A stretch of DNA of 64,000 nt from a virus. The DNA is taken from positions 64,001 to 128,000 of the IMG/VR virus record IMGVR_UViG_3300028608_000007; one strand, given 5' to 3'. The position numbers and the translations under genes were made by a program. The notes under the pieces were generated by a model that saw nothing but the letters and a program-made list of their open reading frames with translations, did no database searches and was not told where the DNA came from. The stretch's first letter is position 1. The number at the start of each line of letters is the position of its first letter. Positions 48,124-57,294 of this stretch are shown here, piece by piece.

Positions 48124-49005
48124 ATGTCAGCTTACATGCAAGAATCGAAGCGTAGCCTTCTCAACTACATCAACGCCAAGAACGCTACCACGTTGGCCAT
48201 GACCGATGTGGAATTCAGCGCCCCATCGGTAATCAACGGGACGTGGCGCGGCGTGGCAAACCCGCATAACACTGCGGTACGTTTGACGGCTTCTGCTACC
48301 AGCATCTACCAAGGCACTGTTGTGGTGACGTACGACCGACTGGACCTCAAAGAGATCATCAAGATCGGTGGGTTCACGTTGCGTGCCGACCACCCAACCA
48401 GCGCACACCAATTGATGGATACGCTGGCTACTTATAACGGACTGAACTTTACCACTGACGACATTGAAGACAGTCCCGTTACCGACAACGGCAATGGTAC
48501 CTACACCGTAACCTTGACTGCAAAGCCAGGTTCTTACGGTTGGGTTGGTAGTGTCACCATCGAGAACTTTGGTCAAGGTGGTGCTCCTCTGGACCGCGTG
48601 CTGTCTGCTAACGACATGCCTGGTTTGAACTACCCAACCAGTTCGGATGCCGACGTGTACGGTGCCCTGTACCTGTACTCCTACGACTTCACCGATTTCT
48701 ACGATCTGTTGTTAGATCTGGAAGAAGGTGTACCTCTGACTGGACAACAGGCTGTAGACCTCGCCGCTGCGATCAACCTGTACGACGTGTCGACCGGTGC
48801 AGGTGCATGGAACGCTTCTTCCGAACAAGCAGCGTGGTCCCTACAAGGTGCGGTGCCGTTCTTCAACGGACTCAACACTCCTGAGTTGCTGACCAACAGC
48901 AACTACAAATACGCTCTGCTCTTGGATCTGCGTCCAGGTGTCACCATGCCGAAAGGTCGGATGGCCCTGCACTACAACGATCCGATTGATAGCGGTTCCG
49001 TCTGA
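48124..49005 (+). CDS. virion tail/fibre-associated protein, family A (anchor + distal domain)
   Basis: YINAKN..HNT..YQGTV.V.YDRLDL; YSYDFT..HYN. Confidence 0.8.
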   Translation: MSAYMQESKRSLLNYINAKNATTLAMTDVEFSAPSVINGTWRGVANPHNTAVRLTASATSIYQGTVVVTYDRLDLKEIIKIGGFTLRADHPTSAHQLMDTLATYNGLNFTTDDIEDSPVTDNGNGTYTVTLTAKPGSYGWVGSVTIENFGQGGAPLDRVLSANDMPGLNYPTSSDADVYGALYLYSYDFTDFYDLLLDLEEGVPLTGQQAVDLAAAINLYDVSTGAGAWNASSEQAAWSLQGAVPFFNGLNTPELLTNSNYKYALLLDLRPGVTMPKGRMALHYNDPIDSGSV

Positions 49006-49006
49006 C

Positions 49007-49028
49007 GCATGGGCCTTCGGGCCCTTTT
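49007..49028 (+). terminator. intrinsic terminator
   Basis: GGGCC-TTCG-GGCCC-TTTT. Confidence 0.75.
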
Positions 49029-49039
49029 AGGAGATCCTT

Positions 49040-50068
49040 ATGTTAAGGGCTGCTATTGGTTTCGAACACTGCGTCAAGAACGTAGTGGATACTTGGATGG
49101 CACAATCTGGTTGGGCCATCACGCGTCACCCTCTTTTCCCGACTTATGGTAAAGGATTGATCGTCAACAACGATGGATGGCTGACCGTTCCAGAAGGCAT
49201 TGCGCCAGGATCAGAGTCGTACGCACACATCGACTTACGCCCACTGTTGGACAATAGCGGTAGAGCTACGGCAATCGCATTTGGTTATCGAGCCAAGTTG
49301 GTGAAACCGGCTGTTGCTGGTTTGGGTAACCTGTGTTTGTGGGGTTCAAACCCAAGCACTACGGGCACTCACGCACTGGCAACCTTTGCCAACTTGTTTC
49401 CTGCTGGTAGTCCAGAAGGAACCGAGTGCCTGGTTGAGATTGTGCTCGATCTGGTTTCGACCTATCGCTACACCTACGTCAACGGAGTGATGTTAGGTTC
49501 CGCCATCTACAACGGACTCAGCACCGCGCTTATCAAAACCGGTGACTTCGGCATCTATTGGTCACCGTGTCCTGCCAACACCGCAGGCTATGTGGCAATC
49601 CGTGATATCTGGGTAACCGACGATCTACCCGGTGACGGTATGTCGGGTCGTTTGGGCGACATGAAAGTCCGTCCGTTGACCCTGACATCGGCAGTGGGTA
49701 ATGGTTGGGCTGCCTCTGATGGTGGTTCTCTGTTGGCTGCTCTGACTGCCCCGACTGACAAGGTCAATCCGGCGTTGGTTGAATCTAGCCTCGGCGCTGG
49801 AACCCTGGATTTGAAGTTTTCTTCAGCGCTTCCAAACAACGATGCAGTGCAAGCTATCCAATTAATCCTCAACGCAAAGGGTAGCAGCAACAACGCTGCG
49901 GCCGATGTGTCGATGGAACGTAATGGGATTGTTTCGCCCAAACGTCGCACTCAATTGGACCTTGCCTTGAAAGGGCGATCCATGCGGACGTGGCCATTAG
50001 CACCGGACGGCAGTCGCTGGTCCAACGCCAACTTGGCTGAGACCACGATTAAAATCACTCCAGAGTAA
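49040..50068 (+). CDS. virion protein family B (beta-sandwich/lectin-like, putative receptor binding)
   Basis: All-beta pattern; DIWV..GRLG..VRPL..W..SDG and terminal PxGxxW shared with 51930 and 53000. Confidence 0.75.
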   Translation: MLRAAIGFEHCVKNVVDTWMAQSGWAITRHPLFPTYGKGLIVNNDGWLTVPEGIAPGSESYAHIDLRPLLDNSGRATAIAFGYRAKLVKPAVAGLGNLCLWGSNPSTTGTHALATFANLFPAGSPEGTECLVEIVLDLVSTYRYTYVNGVMLGSAIYNGLSTALIKTGDFGIYWSPCPANTAGYVAIRDIWVTDDLPGDGMSGRLGDMKVRPLTLTSAVGNGWAASDGGSLLAALTAPTDKVNPALVESSLGAGTLDLKFSSALPNNDAVQAIQLILNAKGSSNNAAADVSMERNGIVSPKRRTQLDLALKGRSMRTWPLAPDGSRWSNANLAETTIKITPE

Positions 50069-50074
50069 TTGTCA

Positions 50075-51079
50075 ATGACCACTATCCGTAGCCTTCCGGC
50101 ATACGCGTTAAGTCGGTCAGCGGGTCGGACGCAAGCGCGTAGTGTCTTCGGGTATGCTCTCGTAGATACCAGTGGGAAACTACCGCGTCCGGCTGGCGAC
50201 ACAGACTATCGCAAGCCCGAGCAGACGCTGCTCAAAGAACTGATCGTACAGGCCAACCCTGATGCTTTCACAAACATTGACCCCAATCAAATTGCCTACG
50301 AGGCGCCAGTTGCACTGCCTTATACTCGGGGCGATGAGTCAAACACCACCATCGTTGCTAAGGCTGCACCGAATGCTCTGGATGTGGTCGGTCGTCAGAC
50401 TCTACGATACCGTCGGATCGACCTGTCCAAACTGTTCCGCTACCAGACCATTGAGCTGACCCGCTACAGTAACGTGAATACCTTGCCTTGGGCTGAGGTT
50501 CAGGAACTGCTGCTCAAGCAACATGGCATCAACGTTTCCTCCAGCACGTTTACTCCAGTTACTCTGAACGTGAACGCCACTACCACGCTCACCGCGTTGG
50601 CTACGTCCCAGTGTTACATAGGGGCGATTGCAGTAGTGTGGCGTAAAGGACGTCGAGAGATCAGTGAAATGTTCTCAACCGCTACCTTAGACGGGCGAGC
50701 GTGGCCAGAAGGTTTGATTCAGTTCGGTGATACGTACAAACCACAAGGTGAGTACATCGCTTACGACTTTGACTTCACCGATCTCATGGGTACTTCTTTC
50801 AACTCCTGGGGTAACAACACCTTGACTTCGGGTCAGGCTGAATTGGATAAGTTAGCAGCGGTGTTAAACACTGTTGCTCCTCAGTACAATTGGAACAGTC
50901 TTGACTATTCCGTGGACAACGTGGGTGGCTTGAAGAACCTGTTATTCAACCGTTACGCTATTCCAAACGCAGCGGTACCCGAAGCCAACAGCGGACTGTT
51001 TAACCGAGTGGCAGTTTTGGCTCCCACTATTGGGGACGCTTGGTTCTATGGTAAACTGTTGTTCCACTACAAGGTGTAA
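50075..51079 (+). CDS. family A tail protein with two N-terminal R-x4-Y-A repeats
   Basis: IRSLPAYAL, ARSVFGYAL, then anchor domain (YRRIDL) and distal YDFDFT..HYK. Confidence 0.8.
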   Translation: MTTIRSLPAYALSRSAGRTQARSVFGYALVDTSGKLPRPAGDTDYRKPEQTLLKELIVQANPDAFTNIDPNQIAYEAPVALPYTRGDESNTTIVAKAAPNALDVVGRQTLRYRRIDLSKLFRYQTIELTRYSNVNTLPWAEVQELLLKQHGINVSSSTFTPVTLNVNATTTLTALATSQCYIGAIAVVWRKGRREISEMFSTATLDGRAWPEGLIQFGDTYKPQGEYIAYDFDFTDLMGTSFNSWGNNTLTSGQAELDKLAAVLNTVAPQYNWNSLDYSVDNVGGLKNLLFNRYAIPNAAVPEANSGLFNRVAVLAPTIGDAWFYGKLLFHYKV

Positions 51080-51082
51080 GCC

Positions 51083-51574
51083 ATGTCTATTTACAACGAT
51101 TCACGTTTGGACGTGTTGGCATGGTTTAACAAAAAAGCTGGCACCAAGTTCACCCTTGATGACGTGATCTTCAGTAAGCCCATTGTCAACACCGACCCTG
51201 GAGCTACACTGAATTCCAAGATCCGCGTCACCATGGCCCGGACCAACACGGCGTATAAAGGGACGGTCGTACTAGCCTACAACCGTCTCACCTTGGCCAA
51301 TATCGGGAACTACCCGCGTCCTAAGTATCCGCCCCAAGCACCGGTCGGATCTTCTGTATACGACTTGTTACCCAAGCTGCGCAACACTTACGGCATCTAC
51401 CTCACTCGGGACGATCTCGAAGAAACCTTCGTCACTGATGATGGGGCGTACGGGCGAATTTTACTCAAGGCGAAAGCAGACTCCATAGGTTGGAATGGCG
51501 AGTACACCTTGGTGCTCTCCTCGAAGATTCCATTGGCCGATCTGTTCAAAACCAAATCCATTAACTGGAGTTAA
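51083..51574 (+). CDS. family A anchor domain (N-half of split gene)
   Basis: WFNKKAG..NS..YKGTV.LAYNRLTL; in frame with 51578..51928. Confidence 0.75.
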   Translation: MSIYNDSRLDVLAWFNKKAGTKFTLDDVIFSKPIVNTDPGATLNSKIRVTMARTNTAYKGTVVLAYNRLTLANIGNYPRPKYPPQAPVGSSVYDLLPKLRNTYGIYLTRDDLEETFVTDDGAYGRILLKAKADSIGWNGEYTLVLSSKIPLADLFKTKSINWS

Positions 51575-51577
51575 GAC

Positions 51578-51928
51578 ATGCCTATCATCGATCCGTACTG
51601 GGCAAATTATTTCTTCCGTCTGGCTCTGACTGGTTACGATGACATTCTCTCGGACTTCAAAACCGGAGACATCATCACCCCGGAAACTGGCGAGTTGTTA
51701 GCGCTGGCGCTGAACGAGAAAGACAAGAAAGAAGGCAAGGGCCAATGGCACAGTGAAGTGGAACTACCCGAGTGGTCCCTCGCTGGTTGCTTTGTGTTCT
51801 TCCACGGTGACAACAACACCGGTCTGCCAACCAAAGGCAACATGCAGAAAGTGTTGATCCTGGACTTCCCGGAAGAATCCGTGAAGCCAGTAGGTCGCAT
51901 CTTCCTGACTTACAACGTGGGAGGTTGA
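51578..51928 (+). CDS. family A distal domain (C-half of split gene)
   Basis: LALALN..GQW..WSLAG..LILD..GRIFLTYN aligns to C-half of 48124..49005; GGAG SD. Confidence 0.75.
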   Translation: MPIIDPYWANYFFRLALTGYDDILSDFKTGDIITPETGELLALALNEKDKKEGKGQWHSEVELPEWSLAGCFVFFHGDNNTGLPTKGNMQKVLILDFPEESVKPVGRIFLTYNVGG

Positions 51929-51929
51929 G

Positions 51930-52988
51930 ATGGCCCTTCGTGATATTGAACCCTTCCTGAACCTCTCACACCAGTATTCGGCAACTATCGGACAGGGCTA
52001 TACTGCTGTCCTGTCGGGCTGGAACATTCCGTACTTGGTGTACGGTGGGGACACTAACAGTTACGCTCGCGTAACCTCTTTGGACCTTATTGATGGATGG
52101 TTGGTCCTGAGTAGTATTGGTTCAGTTTCGGGTAACCGTTGCATGGCGGTCGGACGACCCTTGCAGTCTGCCGGTATCAACGTAGACGATAACACCGTAG
52201 CTTTCGGTGGTGCTCGGTTGAAGTTTGCCCGTTCCATTCCTCGAACCGTGATGACCATACAAGGTGCGGCGGCGGTGGAAGTTATTGCCTCCACCGCGAT
52301 TGCTGGTAACTTCCAACTCAATACTGAGTACTACGTTGAGTGGTGTATCGACATGGCGAACAGCTTATTCAGGGCGCGGGTCGATGGTGTGGAAGTTGCT
52401 GCGGTAGCACTGTCAGCGGCGGTCAAGAACGCTCTGAAAGCAGGTACCAACTACCTGATGTGGGGAACCTATAACTCCGGCAGTAGCAGTGCGTTGGAGC
52501 TGTGGCTCAAAGACGGTTACGTTCTTGAGAAAACCCCAGATGGTCAAATGTCTGGCTGGTTAGGTCCACAGACTGTCAAGGTGTTGCCGGTTTCGGAATT
52601 CAACGGTCCTTGGGCTGCGAGTTCGGGAACGCCAAAAGATGTCTTGAACACCCCGACTACCAGTGCGGCTGACCGGTTGACGCCTTTGGTAACCACTGAT
52701 GTTAATGCGTCGGAAGCCATCCTGAAGTTCGATGCGTCTCAGGTGACTGGTTTCATCAAGGGGATTTCGCTCAACGTGGCGATGCAAAAGGCGCCAGGCA
52801 AATTAGGTAACTTAGAATCGTCGATCACCTCCGCAGGCGTCGAGAGTAGCAAGTCGTCTGCCACGGCCGCAAACGCCATGGCGATGTATACCCGACAGTT
52901 ACTCTCTAGCAAAGCACCTAACGGCGGTGCTTGGACTATCGAGAGTCTTGCTGCTGCAACCGTCAAACTCAAACCCGTCAATAGTTAA
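51930..52988 (+). CDS. virion protein family B (lectin-like)
   Basis: EYYVEW..VDG, DGYV..GWLGP..V..LP, PNGGAW. Confidence 0.75.
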   Translation: MALRDIEPFLNLSHQYSATIGQGYTAVLSGWNIPYLVYGGDTNSYARVTSLDLIDGWLVLSSIGSVSGNRCMAVGRPLQSAGINVDDNTVAFGGARLKFARSIPRTVMTIQGAAAVEVIASTAIAGNFQLNTEYYVEWCIDMANSLFRARVDGVEVAAVALSAAVKNALKAGTNYLMWGTYNSGSSSALELWLKDGYVLEKTPDGQMSGWLGPQTVKVLPVSEFNGPWAASSGTPKDVLNTPTTSAADRLTPLVTTDVNASEAILKFDASQVTGFIKGISLNVAMQKAPGKLGNLESSITSAGVESSKSSATAANAMAMYTRQLLSSKAPNGGAWTIESLAAATVKLKPVNS

Positions 52989-52999
52989 AGGGGGCTACC

Positions 53000-54106
53000 A
53001 TGGCCAAAGAAGTAAGACCGATTGGTATCGAACACCTCGATGACTGGTTCGGTAACCCACGGGTAGGTGCGGGGTTCTTGCATACCGGTTGGGACATGTA
53101 CACCGTTAAGCAAGGTGCCCACCAATTGATGTCAATCTTTAAGAAAGACGCTCAATTGCGCTATGGCTTGATGGCGGCAGGAACCAACGGATCGGCCGAG
53201 GGGATGGTTCAGATTCTTAACCGAACGCTGTGGGCCAACCGTAGTGACATCGCAAAAGCGTGTATTGGTTTCCGGTATAAACCAGGTAACCGTACGCCCT
53301 CAGCGGCTATCCCGATTGGCATGAAGCTCGATCGGGTAACTGGGGATGGGGGGGCTAGTGCCGATAACGTCATTTACACTTTCCCAACGACCCAGGGTGA
53401 GGCCTATTTCGAAATTGAAATCATCCCCTACGACGGTGTGGCCGGGTATGGTTTTACCGTCTACCGTGATGGAGACCAGATTGCCACGGCTGCAATGGGC
53501 TCTTGGTTCACTCGAGCAGCTTGGCCTGCCTGCCAGTTTGCCATTGGTAGTGCTACGTTGGTGCACGCCGCGCAGGTTAATGGTTGGCTACAGGGCGATT
53601 ACATGTTCTCGTGGGAGGACATGTATGTGGCTTGGACTACGGACCAAACTGAGAAAATCCGTTTGGGACCAATTCGTGTGAAGCGGCTACCGTACGAACA
53701 AGTAGACTTATCAAACTGGACGGCTCAGGGTGGTAAAACTGCTCTGGATATTCTGAACCTTACGAACAACAGTGCTAATAAGCGCACCGATTATCTGTCC
53801 AGCGACCCTGCCAACAGCGTACTTAAGTGCAAGTTGGATCTCTCGGGTCTTAAGTCCAGTGATCAGGTGTTGGCTCTCAGCGCTATTACGTCCGCGTGGC
53901 GCGATGGTGGCACCGTGGGCAATCTGAACGTTCGTTGGGATCACACTGATGGTCAAAGTGCTGCTTCCGCTTACACTCCTACCAGCGACGTGTATACACA
54001 GCAATTCGATAAGCAGGTACCAGTTCTAACCCAAACCCCAGGTGGAGCTGCTCTCACCAAAGCCTCCATGGCCGCACTGGAGCTGGTGGTCACTCCTAGC
54101 GCGTAG
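53000..54106 (+). CDS. virion protein family B (lectin-like)
   Basis: AYFEIE..RDG, DMYV..RLGP..V.RLP, PGGAAL. Confidence 0.75.
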   Translation: MAKEVRPIGIEHLDDWFGNPRVGAGFLHTGWDMYTVKQGAHQLMSIFKKDAQLRYGLMAAGTNGSAEGMVQILNRTLWANRSDIAKACIGFRYKPGNRTPSAAIPIGMKLDRVTGDGGASADNVIYTFPTTQGEAYFEIEIIPYDGVAGYGFTVYRDGDQIATAAMGSWFTRAAWPACQFAIGSATLVHAAQVNGWLQGDYMFSWEDMYVAWTTDQTEKIRLGPIRVKRLPYEQVDLSNWTAQGGKTALDILNLTNNSANKRTDYLSSDPANSVLKCKLDLSGLKSSDQVLALSAITSAWRDGGTVGNLNVRWDHTDGQSAASAYTPTSDVYTQQFDKQVPVLTQTPGGAALTKASMAALELVVTPSA

Positions 54107-54113
54107 GTGAACT

Positions 54114-54866
54114 ATGTCATTCAATCTTCGTAACGCCCCGGCGTACGCGGCGATTCCGGTTGAGCAGAAGATCAACCTACGTAACGCTCCTGTTTACGCT
54201 ATCGTTGCAGAAACACCAGCGGCACAAATCCGTTCCACCAGCATGTTTGTGCTGGCAGAGACGCCGCCGTATGTCGACCTGCGTAAAGTCTCAGTGTTTG
54301 TTCTGGAAGCGGCAGTTTCTCCTTCCTTGTTCTCAAGTCTCAACGGGTTAGAGACACTACGCTTGGCCATCAAAAAGGAACTCGGTGTTGTTGTCACTGA
54401 TGCTTTGGCAACCTTCGGGAACCCTGTGGCCATCACCAGTGGATATAACACCGCTGTGACATTGGCGGCAAATCCGAACTCTGACTTCCAGGGTACCGTA
54501 ACAATCCAGTACAACCGGTTCAAACTCGAAGAAGCATTTAAAGGAAAGAATACTTCTCAGGTTATCGGTGGTGCTACGTCGATCCATGGTCGCTTAGCGG
54601 CGATCAACGCGTTCTTCGGATTGAAGTTGGAACCTCGGGATGTGGTCGATCGGACGTTGTTACCAGACACTCCGGGCTTTACACTGCGGGTGGCAAATAC
54701 CAGCTACCTGTATCAGCCAGGTACCACGATTCTCATCGGTCAAGAGGTTACCAATGACCTTGGTACGCTGATTGAAGTGGATCAGATGGACGGCTTCTCG
54801 GTGACCACTAGCCTGGAAGACTGGATTCAAGTTACTGCAATGAATGGATTCGAGCCAGCGACTTGA
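54114..54866 (+). CDS. family A tail protein with four N-terminal R-x4-[YF]-[AV] repeats
   Basis: LRNAPAYAA, LRNAPVYAI, IRSTSMFVL, LRKVSVFVL, then FGNP..NT..FQGTV.IQYNR. Confidence 0.8.
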   Translation: MSFNLRNAPAYAAIPVEQKINLRNAPVYAIVAETPAAQIRSTSMFVLAETPPYVDLRKVSVFVLEAAVSPSLFSSLNGLETLRLAIKKELGVVVTDALATFGNPVAITSGYNTAVTLAANPNSDFQGTVTIQYNRFKLEEAFKGKNTSQVIGGATSIHGRLAAINAFFGLKLEPRDVVDRTLLPDTPGFTLRVANTSYLYQPGTTILIGQEVTNDLGTLIEVDQMDGFSVTTSLEDWIQVTAMNGFEPAT

Positions 54867-54900
54867 CGGCATAGAGGGAGGCCACCGCCTCCCCTTATGC
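54867..54900. terminator. bidirectional hairpin between convergent genes
   Basis: GGCATAGAGGGAGGC..GCCTCCCCTTATGC. Confidence 0.75.
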
Positions 54901-55410
54901 TCAGAGCTTACGGATCGTCAGATCCACGGCGCCCAGGTAAACCCAGCTACCGTCTTTGGCCAGCAGTTGCAGCGTCTTGCTTTCGCCAGCAGCCGTTGGT
55001 AACACCGCACCGGTTTCGAACTCCAACTCACCAGCGATCAGTTTGTAGCGATCAGCGATGAGGGTGATGATGCTCTGGAGTGTGTCACCCGTTTGCAGCG
55101 TGTAGGTGGTCGACTTGACGATCTCTTCGATATACAGACGACGGTAGTTCAGCGTCTGCGTACCGTAGAACTCGTTGTTCAGAGTTGCTTCCACCGTGAG
55201 GGACGAATTCTTCACGGTGATGTCGCCGCTGGTGTCAATCTGAAGCAGGTCCTTAAGGACGAAATCATCGAGAGTAAACGACGTGCCGTTGGTCTCGTTG
55301 ATCTGGTTGATGACGTTCTGAAGCGGGCTTAAAGTGTGATCAACTAGCACGTTGATAACTCCTGTTGTAGTAGGGACGTCTATAACGATAGGTGCTCGGC
55401 GACGTATCAT
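54901..55410 (-). CDS. family A tail protein, inverted orientation
   Basis: QINETNG..KNS..FYGTQ.LNYRRL. Confidence 0.7.
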   Translation of the reverse strand: MIRRRAPIVIDVPTTTGVINVLVDHTLSPLQNVINQINETNGTSFTLDDFVLKDLLQIDTSGDITVKNSSLTVEATLNNEFYGTQTLNYRRLYIEEIVKSTTYTLQTGDTLQSIITLIADRYKLIAGELEFETGAVLPTAAGESKTLQLLAKDGSWVYLGAVDLTIRKL

Positions 55411-55460
55411 TTGACGGGACTTAAACCCAAACCCATTTTCTAAATGCAGGCGTCTTTGCC

Positions 55461-55991
55461 ATGTACCACATTGGAATGAAATCAGTAGAGCAGTTACTCG
55501 CTCTACTTAACGACACCAACGGGTTGTCGTTAACACTTGATGACATCCAGTTCAGTACGCCAGTTGCGCTGACCCCAGAGTCTCAGGTAGGCGACGACAA
55601 TCCTGCCAACACCGAGATTCTGATTGTAGCCAAACCTAATCGAAAACCGATTGGTGAGGTGAAGGTTCGGTATGATCGGATTGATCTGGCTGACTTTGAA
55701 ACCCTACGTGACCCGACGGAAATCGAAGTCACACTTCCTTTGACCCACGCCCGGTTAATGGAAGCATTCAATACCCATTACGGTTCTGCGTTAGAACTGG
55801 AAGACATTGATGTCGCCACTGTCCTACCTGAAGACATTGAGGAAGAGACCTTTGTTGAGCTGAAAGCCTCTGTAGGCTCCTTGGCTTATCGAGGGGAGAT
55901 CCTGCTGTCTGTGATCCCAGGTACGATCAAACTCAGCAATGTGATCATTGTACGAGCGCTCAGTGGCCTTGAGTATATGGGTCGACCTTAA
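55461..55991 (+). CDS. family A tail protein (anchor only)
   Basis: LLNDTNG..NT..GEVKVRYDRIDL; start may be 55476. Confidence 0.75.
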   Translation: MYHIGMKSVEQLLALLNDTNGLSLTLDDIQFSTPVALTPESQVGDDNPANTEILIVAKPNRKPIGEVKVRYDRIDLADFETLRDPTEIEVTLPLTHARLMEAFNTHYGSALELEDIDVATVLPEDIEEETFVELKASVGSLAYRGEILLSVIPGTIKLSNVIIVRALSGLEYMGRP

Positions 55992-55994
55992 TAG

Positions 55995-56019
55995 AGGGGC
56001 CTTCGGGCCCTTTTATGCC
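55995..56019 (+). terminator. intrinsic terminator followed by TATGCC
   Basis: GGGCC-TTCG-GGCCC-TTTT. Confidence 0.75.
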
Positions 56020-56032
56020 AGACTTTCTGTGT

Positions 56033-56050
56033 ATTTTTTAATATCTTATG
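56033..56050 (+). promoter_or_regulatory. putative late promoter (T-tract..TATG)
   Basis: TTTTTTAATATCTTATG, same architecture as 44034-44052. Confidence 0.45.
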
Positions 56051-56092
56051 AGTAGGACATACGTCTTACTCTGTTTACCTGTGGAGATCCCC

Positions 56093-56599
56093 ATGAAAAT
56101 CAATGTCGCTCAAACTGGTGCCGAGAACATTCTGGCTCTGGTCCTGGACGCCAACCCTGGTCTGTCGCTGACCGCTGCTCAGTTCACTCTGGGCAACCCA
56201 AGCGTATTCGTGGGTGCTGGTGGCCGTAACACTCAGGTTACCCTGACTGCCGTCGAAGGTGAAGGCAAGACTGGTACCAAAACCATCGACTACACCCGTC
56301 TGAACCCAGTGACCGGCCCTAACGCCGCTCAAGCTGTGTCTGGCGTACAAGTCGCTCTGGACGCCACTGACGTACAGATCAAAGCTCAACTGGTTGCCCT
56401 GTTCGGCGCAGTTGCTGCTGATGTCGTCGTCTCCGGCCTGGTCCTGCCAGTAGATGCTGACACCGACGGTGAAATCGTTTTCGCCGCCGCTGCCAACAGC
56501 CTGCTGTACGTGGGTCAGACCACCGTCGTGCTGAAAGCTCCGGTTGAAGACCTGAGTGGCATCGAAGGTCAGATGAACGGCTTCGAACCTGAAGCCTAA
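56093..56599 (+). CDS. family A tail protein (anchor only, strongly biased codons)
   Basis: LGNP..RNT..TGTKTIDYTRLN; GGAG SD before ATG 56093. Confidence 0.8.
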   Translation: MKINVAQTGAENILALVLDANPGLSLTAAQFTLGNPSVFVGAGGRNTQVTLTAVEGEGKTGTKTIDYTRLNPVTGPNAAQAVSGVQVALDATDVQIKAQLVALFGAVAADVVVSGLVLPVDADTDGEIVFAAAANSLLYVGQTTVVLKAPVEDLSGIEGQMNGFEPEA

Positions 56600-56604
56600 G
56601 TAAT

Positions 56605-56640
56605 CGGCATATTGGGAGGCCTTCGGGCCTCCCTCTATGC
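56605..56640. terminator. bidirectional hairpin
   Basis: GGCATA..GGGAGGCC-TTCG-GGCCTCCC..TATGC between convergent genes. Confidence 0.8.
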
Positions 56641-56646
56641 TGTCTG

Positions 56647-57294
56647 TCACAGGAAGTACAATTCCAGGTGTTCTTTGATCTTCTCGAGATTTTCAGCCAC
56701 CGGAAGTTCTGCATCCAACACCAGCGAACGTTCAGTGGTGTGTGGGTGTCGCACTTGGAAACCTTCACGCACTGCATCGTGGTACTCGATGCCTTTCAAC
56801 TCGATGCGGTCTTTGGCACGCACGACATCAGACTGACGAGCCATTGCCACACGAGGGTCGATGTCAAGGAACACCACGAGATCGGGACGGAACCCTTTAA
56901 GAGCGATCTCTTCGACCTTGAGGAAGTCCAACGTGTCCACCACAGAATCGTCCACAGCATGACATTGCATGGCGTAAGACGAATCGGTGTAGCGGTCGCT
57001 CAGTACGACGTTACCCAACTCAAGTTTTGGCTTGATCATCTCTTCGGTGTGTTGAATCCGACCAGCCATGAAGCAGAACAGTTCTGCCATTGGGTTGAAC
57101 GGTTCGTCACGCCTTTTGAGCAGAAGCTCACGAATCTCTTCGGCCAATGGGGTACCGCCCGGTTCACGGGTTTCTACCACTTCGTTGGAGATACGAGTCC
57201 GCAGCCATTTCGCCACCTCGACACGCATAGTGGTTTTGCCGCAGAAATCAGGACCTTCAAAAGCCACGAAGAACGGTTTAACTTGATTGCTCAT
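56647..57294 (-). CDS. tmk: thymidylate (dTMP) kinase
   Basis: FEGPDFCGKTT P-loop, TREPGGTPLAEEIR, SDRY, RIE. Confidence 0.92.
   Translation of the reverse strand: MSNQVKPFFVAFEGPDFCGKTTMRVEVAKWLRTRISNEVVETREPGGTPLAEEIRELLLKRRDEPFNPMAELFCFMAGRIQHTEEMIKPKLELGNVVLSDRYTDSSYAMQCHAVDDSVVDTLDFLKVEEIALKGFRPDLVVFLDIDPRVAMARQSDVVRAKDRIELKGIEYHDAVREGFQVRHPHTTERSLVLDAELPVAENLEKIKEHLELYFL

Noticed and set aside
44101-56599. Diversity-generating retroelement or shufflon driving tail variation
   Set aside because: No reverse transcriptase, no near-identical TR/VR pair, and no recombinase or repeated crossover sites in the window.
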